Assembly: GCA_965215195.1 (NCBI GenBank)
Contig: CBDCDC010000002.1
Span: forward strand, 1,536,001 to 1,600,000
Direction: 5' to 3'
DNA from: Candidatus Latescibacterota bacterium
Lineage (GTDB): Bacteria > Latescibacterota > UBA2968 > UBA8231
Length of the DNA stretch: 64,000 nt
Shown: in pieces, positions 57,854-64,000 of the stretch
Numbering within the stretch: the first letter of the stretch is position 1
Layout of the letters: each line of letters begins with the position of its first letter
The notes under the pieces: model-generated
The model's input: only the letters and a program-made list of their open reading frames with translations
Told to the model about the DNA's origin: nothing
Database searches by the model: none
Position numbers and translations under genes: made by a program

Positions 57854-57976
57854 ACCACACGGCGGCTCGCCTTGGCGCCCTCACACCTCCTGACTTTCTA
57901 GCGATCTGGTGCTGTTACAAATCAGCCTTTTTGGGGATGCTTGTAAGAACATAACACTCCCAACAATCGCTCAGGA

Positions 57977-59977
57977 CTATCGCCCCTGCAATCGCGTCAA
58001 CGCGCGCTGGGCCTTGGCGTACTCGGGAGCCAAGCTCAGGGTCAGGCGGTAGAACTCGGCCGCCTTGTCGAATTGGCCCAAGTCGTGGTAGGCCGCGCCC
58101 AGATTAAAGGCGATTAAGTGATTGCCGGGCGCGGCTTTTAGCGCCATGGCAAAATAATCCACCGCCCGTTCCAACGCCCCTTGCCGAACCTCGATCAAGC
58201 CCAGCTCATTGGCCGCCTGCGCCCGCACCTCGTCCCGGCTTAGCGCGGCCGCAAAAACTTCCCGGGCCTGCTCAATTGCCCCCATTTTCTTATAGACCTG
58301 TCCCAGCGACAGAAAAACCGCCGCGTCATCCCCTTTTGCCAAAACTCGGCCGTAGTGCTCGGCCGCTTGCTCGTATCGTCCCATAGTCCGGTATAGAGCC
58401 GCCAAGTTGAGGTGCAACCCCCGATCGTCGGGAGCTTGCGCCAAAGCTCGTCGATAAACCGCCTCGGCTTCGTCGTAGCGCCTCAGCGCGGCCAGCGCCG
58501 CACCCAGATTGTGGTGCGCCCGCAGGTAATTGGGATCGAGCTGCACGGCGGTCCCAAAGGAACGCACCGCAGCCGCGTACTGCCCCCGTTGGGCCTCGAC
58601 GCGCCCCAGAGCAAAGTGTATTTCCGCGTCGGCCAAGGGGTTGGCCGGCCGCAGGCCGGCGTTGGCGGCTAGCCCCAGCAAGGCGACGCAAGCCACACCG
58701 ATCCCCAAGGGACGCCACTGCCGCTCCCGCCCCTGGTCCACCAGCCAGACCAAGGCGTACCCGGCAAACAGCAGCAGCAGCGGCACGAGGGGCAGGCGAT
58801 AGCGGCCGGTAATAAAAAAGAGCAGCAGGGAGGCGCTGTACGCGCCGGTGCAAAGCAGCAGCAAACCCGCTGCGGGCCGATGCCGCCAAGCCAGCACCAT
58901 GCCCACAGCGGCCAAGGGGCCCAGCAGGCCAAAGGGAAAGGCAAAGTGGTGGGTTTTCCACAGTAAGACGCCCATCAGCCAAGAATAGGTGCGGGCGAAG
59001 TACGCGTCTTGGTTGCGTTTGATCTCCTCGCCCCGCATCAACAAGAACGCCTTGTACCCCAACAACCGCACAAAATCCCCAGGCGCACTAGCGATCCAGT
59101 CGCCGGCTTGCCGGTAGAAGTACGCCGAGCGCTCGGCGTACCCCCCATGGCCTGCGGCCAGCGGCTGCTCCATTAGGGCCTCCCATTCCGGCCCCGGGCG
59201 GATCCCCACCAAGCGGTCGTAATCGGGATGATTGCCCAAGTAGAAATTCACTCCGCCGTTCCAAGACACCGGGATGAACTCGCCGCTGACCGCCCAATTC
59301 CTCGCCGTCACTACGCCAACTACTGAACAGGTAGCCGCCGCAAAAAGCAGGCACCACGCCAGCTTGCTGCGCCCTGCTCGCTCGGTGCTCTTCCAGTACC
59401 ACAGGCCGGCGCAAGGGGCCAACAGGGCCGCATTGGGCACGGCGACTATGGCCAAGCCCTCAACGAGGCCCGCCGCTAGGGCCTGTCCCCATCCCCGGCC
59501 GGGCTGGAGCAGGACAAAGAGCAGCAGAAGATTGAGAAAAACGGCCAGCGCGGTGGGCAGCAACTCACCCTCAAAATAGATGGAGGGTCCGTATAGACAG
59601 GCCATGATCCCAGCGAGGAGACCGACTCGGGTGCCAAATACCGACCGGCCGATGCCAAAGACCAAGGCACAAGAGGCCGCTCCCAAGAGGAACTGAATAA
59701 AGCGGGGCGTCCAGTACAAGTCGCCGCAAACGGCATAGACTATGGCGAGGAAGTAGGGGTATAGAGGCGGCTGCCAAAAGGGCTTGTCCCCCACCCAAGA
59801 CACCTCGGCGAGCTGCCGCGCCTGGGCCACATAGGAGTGGGCGTCCACGACCGGTGCCGCGAAAAAGGGATGGTCCTCGCCGTGCTCCAGATAGACCAGA
59901 CGCACGGCCAACGCTAGGAGCAAGAGACCGCCCGCCACCCCCAGCTCGCGCCGGCCCATCCGGGCTGCTGAGCCCAT
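57977..59977 (-). CDS. GT-C (PMT_2/GT39-like) glycosyltransferase with C-terminal TPR repeats
   Basis: DAHSY, FWQPPLYPYFLA, RNW.VSGEF..NGGVNFYLGN, RYRLP, then multiple TPRs (AHHNLGAAL, IAFNLGAAY). Confidence 0.85.
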   Translation of the reverse strand: MGSAARMGRRELGVAGGLLLLALAVRLVYLEHGEDHPFFAAPVVDAHSYVAQARQLAEVSWVGDKPFWQPPLYPYFLAIVYAVCGDLYWTPRFIQFLLGAASCALVFGIGRSVFGTRVGLLAGIMACLYGPSIYFEGELLPTALAVFLNLLLLFVLLQPGRGWGQALAAGLVEGLAIVAVPNAALLAPCAGLWYWKSTERAGRSKLAWCLLFAAATCSVVGVVTARNWAVSGEFIPVSWNGGVNFYLGNHPDYDRLVGIRPGPEWEALMEQPLAAGHGGYAERSAYFYRQAGDWIASAPGDFVRLLGYKAFLLMRGEEIKRNQDAYFARTYSWLMGVLLWKTHHFAFPFGLLGPLAAVGMVLAWRHRPAAGLLLLCTGAYSASLLLFFITGRYRLPLVPLLLLFAGYALVWLVDQGRERQWRPLGIGVACVALLGLAANAGLRPANPLADAEIHFALGRVEAQRGQYAAAVRSFGTAVQLDPNYLRAHHNLGAALAALRRYDEAEAVYRRALAQAPDDRGLHLNLAALYRTMGRYEQAAEHYGRVLAKGDDAAVFLSLGQVYKKMGAIEQAREVFAAALSRDEVRAQAANELGLIEVRQGALERAVDYFAMALKAAPGNHLIAFNLGAAYHDLGQFDKAAEFYRLTLSLAPEYAKAQRALTRLQGR

Positions 59978-59990
59978 TGGCAGTTCACAA

Positions 59991-60003
59991 CTGACGTTAC
60001 GCA
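59991..60003. mobile_element. Solo left TIR CTGACGTTACGCA
   Basis: Identical to the TIR at 47186; preceded by TTCACAA (TTnnnAA-like target). Confidence 0.6.
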
Positions 60004-60099
60004 TCGTCGGGGTCCGTTGCGGCCATCACGCGTACAAGGCCGCTCAGCAGGTCCGCGTTATTCTTACACCGCACTCGCACCAGCGCCTGAACGGTGCCA

Positions 60100-61551
60100 C
60101 TATTCTCGGACGCCCGCTCCCCCACCCTCGCGTTTCCAAGTTTCCAACAAGGCGGCAAAGGCCAGCGCGATCCAAAAGTAACGAGCCTGCGAGTGAACAT
60201 CGACGAGGTTGACTATCAGCATGGCGATAAACGCGCTCAAAAAAGCGACTTTCCATATCGTCGCCGACGCGGACAGGCCGGATGCCGGCGCTGGCCACAT
60301 CACCGCCAACGCGTACGCGAGCAACGCCAGAAAGGGGAGCGCCCCCAGCAAACCCGCCTCAGCCAGCACTTTGAGATACCCGTTGTGAACGCCGAGAGCA
60401 GAGGTCTCGGAGAAACGCTGGACGAACTCCTTGCGGAACGTCCTGAATCCACTGCCCCCCACGGGGTTATCGAACCACAAATCTAGGGCAAATTTCCAGT
60501 TTTTGAGTCTCCAACTGTCTATATCGAGCCTGCCTGTATGTTTGACGTTGCTCTTTTCCTCACTAGGTCCTCTCACTTTCTCGTCCCACTCACCGGAGGC
60601 TATGACGAGGCGATCAAGTGCCGTAACGCCGGCCGGTAGCGTTTGCCAAAGCGATACCATCAGGGCGAAGATAGCGAGGCTTGTCAAAGCCAAAATCTTG
60701 ACGTGGTGAAACGCTCTCGTGTTCAGTGCCATGCGAACGACAAAAACGATGTACGCGATGAGAACGGCGAGCACACCCGAGCGGGAGCCGGTAAGCGTTA
60801 GGCCACAAAGAATCATGATTACGAGACCTGGGGCAATCAACTTGGGACGCATCCGCTCGGATTGCAGAAGGATGCCCATTCCCAGAGCATAAGCCAGTAT
60901 GGCAAACAGCCCTAGCCCGTTCAGGCCGTATGCGTTTCCGATTACTGTTTGGACGAATACGCGGCCATCCTTGGCGAACTCGGTGATGCTTTTCTGCACG
61001 AAAAGAAAGCCCTCCCAGTGCCGGTCTTCGCCATAGCGTCTCACACAATTTGGTACATCCGCGCATTTCAGCCCCAAGACATCGCTGCCGAAATAGAACT
61101 CAATCGCCGTCAGCAGGTAGAGGAGGCAGACTGCGCCCAATATCGTCCAAGCAAAGGACCGTATCCGCTCCTCCCGCCGCAAGGTTTCCACCACCATGGC
61201 GATGATTATCAGGTAGGTGGGCAGCCGGAGCAGGGCAAAGACGGAACGGGTTGAGTGGTCGCCCCACAGGAAGGACAGGGCCAAGGCCAGCAGGAACAGC
61301 GCGGCGAGACGTTGCGTCCAAGTGTCGGTCGCCATGCCGACCAAACCTCTGAAACCCTTTAGAACGAATGTCGCGACGAGGAACCCGCCGGTGATGGCCA
61401 CGAACAGGAGGATTTCGAGGACCTCTGACCAAGCTCTCAGCAGAGACTGAAAAGTCGCCTCCACAACCAAGGCGTAGCCCAGCAGCCAGCGCACCTCGCC
61501 GAGCAGGTGCAAGCCCCGTCCGCCGGTGGATGCCTCGGATTCCCTGCTCAC
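60100..61551 (-). CDS. O-antigen ligase/Wzy_C family membrane protein
   Basis: GTGA overlap with the upstream gene; LTLTGSRSG, R...W..ALDLW..NPVGGSGF, HNGYLKVLAEAGLLG. Confidence 0.85.
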   Translation of the reverse strand: MSRESEASTGGRGLHLLGEVRWLLGYALVVEATFQSLLRAWSEVLEILLFVAITGGFLVATFVLKGFRGLVGMATDTWTQRLAALFLLALALSFLWGDHSTRSVFALLRLPTYLIIIAMVVETLRREERIRSFAWTILGAVCLLYLLTAIEFYFGSDVLGLKCADVPNCVRRYGEDRHWEGFLFVQKSITEFAKDGRVFVQTVIGNAYGLNGLGLFAILAYALGMGILLQSERMRPKLIAPGLVIMILCGLTLTGSRSGVLAVLIAYIVFVVRMALNTRAFHHVKILALTSLAIFALMVSLWQTLPAGVTALDRLVIASGEWDEKVRGPSEEKSNVKHTGRLDIDSWRLKNWKFALDLWFDNPVGGSGFRTFRKEFVQRFSETSALGVHNGYLKVLAEAGLLGALPFLALLAYALAVMWPAPASGLSASATIWKVAFLSAFIAMLIVNLVDVHSQARYFWIALAFAALLETWKREGGGAGVRE

Positions 61552-63887
61552 TCGCTTCCCTCTGTTCGCCGCCACCGGCCGATTCGCGCACAGGTGTTCA
61601 ACAGGGCCAAGAGAACCGCGTACCAGACAACGAAGCCCCACGAGACCGTAGTCATGGATTCCATCTCGATCAGCAACACCGTCAGTATATGGCCCCCGGC
61701 GGCTAGGGTCACCACCGAGGCAGCGGCGTGGAAGAACAACTGGTACAGCACCCGATACAGGACTCCGAAAACGAACATCCCCATCACAATGCCCAGCGTA
61801 CCGAAGTTCGCGTACAGCTCCCCGAGCTGATGCACTTTGAAGGCGTTGACCTCGTTGCCCTCCGGCAGAAATCCGAAACGTTGCCCCAAGTCTTTCACGT
61901 CCTTGGGTTTGTCCTTGAAGACGGCTCGGGGAATGAGCTTGAACAGTATCGGGTAATAGGTCTCGCCATGCAGATACGGCACCATCTCCGGGGTCTGGCG
62001 GACGACCCAAGCGAGTGGCAGCAGCATGTCGAGGCGTGCGGCCGACGAGTCCACCGAACGCAGGGCACGGTCGAAGACGTCCCCCGTCCCGACGAATCCG
62101 GAGATGGTGCCGAGGTAGAGTGCCGCCTTCTGCGCTAGGGACGTATCGACGTGCGGTGCCCACGGGTTCCGGCCCTTGCTCCAATGCGTCTCGTTGTATG
62201 CGTGGACAGCCGGATCCCCCGCCCCCCCGCTCACGTAGTAGAGCGTCGCCGAGGCACCATCCACCAGCGAGGATCTGTCGCCTGCCGAGTCCAAGAGATC
62301 ACCAAGCCGGATGTGTACCCGCAAGCCCATCACCCACGCGGCCGACACCAAGTACTCAGCCCAGTTGTCTTCATCCGCCAAGACCAGTATCGTGTTTCCC
62401 GCTTGCATCCCCGCGAGCTCCATCCTTTGCGGCTCATCCGCCTCGGCTACCAAGAGCCGGCGCGTCCCGCTGTCGGAAGGCCCGATCTCCCACGTGGAGG
62501 CATCGCGCGTCCTCAGTTGCCATTCCCCATCCTTACCAATGGCGCGGAACCCCTCCCACGCCACGTGGGTTGTCAGTGGGTGGTACCTCGACGTGCGGGA
62601 GGCTCGCGTGAACAGGCCGGTGCGGACGCGCTCGATGGCGTAGGCCGGAAGCCGGACCTCGTACACACATCCACCGTCGGCCAAGGCTTGGCCTGATTCG
62701 AGGCTGAAGTCGAGGTTGTCGTAACCATACTCAATTCGGCGGTCGGGTAGGCTCCTCACGTCGACCGGAATCAGGTGCAGGAAGAATGCCAACTCGCCCC
62801 GGCCAACCGGGGGCGCACTACAGTTCCCGGGGCCCTTGTAGAAGTACCGCAAGGTGCCATCCCGGAAGGTCAGGTCATAGTCCGGCGTCTCGACGATCGG
62901 TGCGCCCGCTTTCATCCGCGCCTCGCGCAGGCTGAACTCGTTGGTCGAGGGGCGCCAAGACAACACGTCGCCCGCTTGGACCCCGTGCGTCCAGATCAAG
63001 GCGCGAAACTCTTCTCGTGTCGGCAGCACGACGAAGATCAGGATCGCCGCGGTGAGCACACCGCAGCCCACCAGCCGCCACGTCGGGTTGCGCAGAGCGA
63101 TAGCGCTGGCCATGAACAGGGCCAAGATCGCCTTCAGGGCATGGTTCGCCATACCGGTAGCCATGCCGAACAAAGTGTAGTAGGCCACCAATCCCCACAG
63201 CAGGCTCTTACCGGCGCGGCCGAGCTCTCTGCGCAGTTGCAGGTGGAACAGGATCAGGATGGACAAAACCGTGAACTGCCCGGCCAAGACGACGGAGAAG
63301 GCAATGGCCGGCGGCAGGAGCTCCTTCCCCGCATAGAACGCCACTACGGCGACATTGTCGAGGTAGAAGAACGGCACGCCGATCACGGCGAGGATGACCG
63401 CCATGACCATGGCGTACCGCCGACTCTCTCCCGGAAGCACGTTGATGCGCGGGAGCTTCCGGGCCAGCCACCCGTGGAACGGACCGAAGTACCCGGCCAG
63501 CAGGAGCAACCAACCGGTCAGAGCCAAGAGCAGCGCCGTATCAATGAGCGAATCGTCGATCCTCAACCCATTGAGCCACTCCCCGAAGAAGTCTCTGCGC
63601 AGGAAGATCGGTGCGCCGAAGTACAGCGCATACAGGAAGCCGTAGTACGGCATCAGAGAGTGGTGCCACTGCCGGTCCGAGGCCCACATCAGCGTCGGTA
63701 GCGCACAGAGCGCGATGAGCAGCCCGGCCAAGAGACGCTGCCACGGGGTCGGGCTCGCAGGGGCGTACAGGTTCAGGGCGAGGATCACCACGGCTACCAA
63801 GGTGGCGAGCAGGGCGACGCGCCGGTTGACAGGGCGCACGGCGGCCATTCCTCGAATAAGGCTGAAACTATGGCGGAGATTGGTCAT
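61548..63887 (-). CDS. Wzy-like polysaccharide polymerase membrane protein with a large inserted soluble region
   Basis: N-terminal TMs; C-terminal PYLHGETY..IPRAVFKDKP and LGELYANFGTLGIVMGM; ~270-aa soluble insert in between. Confidence 0.7.
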   Translation of the reverse strand: MTNLRHSFSLIRGMAAVRPVNRRVALLATLVAVVILALNLYAPASPTPWQRLLAGLLIALCALPTLMWASDRQWHHSLMPYYGFLYALYFGAPIFLRRDFFGEWLNGLRIDDSLIDTALLLALTGWLLLLAGYFGPFHGWLARKLPRINVLPGESRRYAMVMAVILAVIGVPFFYLDNVAVVAFYAGKELLPPAIAFSVVLAGQFTVLSILILFHLQLRRELGRAGKSLLWGLVAYYTLFGMATGMANHALKAILALFMASAIALRNPTWRLVGCGVLTAAILIFVVLPTREEFRALIWTHGVQAGDVLSWRPSTNEFSLREARMKAGAPIVETPDYDLTFRDGTLRYFYKGPGNCSAPPVGRGELAFFLHLIPVDVRSLPDRRIEYGYDNLDFSLESGQALADGGCVYEVRLPAYAIERVRTGLFTRASRTSRYHPLTTHVAWEGFRAIGKDGEWQLRTRDASTWEIGPSDSGTRRLLVAEADEPQRMELAGMQAGNTILVLADEDNWAEYLVSAAWVMGLRVHIRLGDLLDSAGDRSSLVDGASATLYYVSGGAGDPAVHAYNETHWSKGRNPWAPHVDTSLAQKAALYLGTISGFVGTGDVFDRALRSVDSSAARLDMLLPLAWVVRQTPEMVPYLHGETYYPILFKLIPRAVFKDKPKDVKDLGQRFGFLPEGNEVNAFKVHQLGELYANFGTLGIVMGMFVFGVLYRVLYQLFFHAAASVVTLAAGGHILTVLLIEMESMTTVSWGFVVWYAVLLALLNTCARIGRWRRTEGSE

Positions 63888-63982
63888 ACTTTCTTTTTTG
63901 GTTATCAACGCGGCAACGGCTGCCCTGCAGGGCCGCGCCACCTCAAAGGCGGCCAAGTCGCGCCTCTTGCGGATGAACACTC

Positions 63983-64000
63983 CTTAGTACACGCCACCTA
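63983..64000. mobile_element. IS10-group-like MITE/IS end at the window edge
   Basis: CTTAGTACACGCCACCTA; same end motif as 20973 and 50295. Confidence 0.5.

Overview
This is a GC-rich bacterial window. Gene content resembles Latescibacterota or a related FCB-group host-associated (sponge-type) symbiont, which is an inference from FlgD/T9SS-type C-terminal tails, a TWGxIK tail, internalin-like LRR, CRTAC1/ASPIC-UnbV, PhyH and several TA genes. From left to right it holds: the 3' end of pyrF, tRNA-Pro(TGG), a ~17 kb catabolic region (class III aminotransferase, ribose-type ABC importer, epimerase, GGT, enolase-superfamily dehydratase, Gfo/Idh/MocA, TIM-barrel isomerase, PhyH, two HpcH aldolases, a transaldolase-like protein), an IS982-like remnant, an LRR lipoprotein split by an in-frame TAG, and a TonB-dependent receptor. 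Next is a ~20 kb co-oriented cluster of five paralogous secreted proteins with TPNGDGxND+FlgD-Ig tails, two paralogous ~900-aa Ca-motif/beta-barrel-like proteins and a TWGxIK-tail protein; this is the best candidate for an undescribed surface/secretion system. It is followed by a polytopic membrane protein, two CRTAC1-like lipoproteins, a PPIase, an aquaporin, TA genes, a tnpB remnant, a TPR-GT-C protein and Wzy/O-antigen ligase genes. Intergenic DNA carries several families of miniature mobile elements. These include a 525-bp transposase-free cassette (13-bp TIR, 7-bp TSD) carrying a small membrane-protein gene, MITEs with shared ends but different interiors, and a 24-nt hairpin element inserted into a dead transposase. 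All assignments are by eye from motifs; no searches were run.
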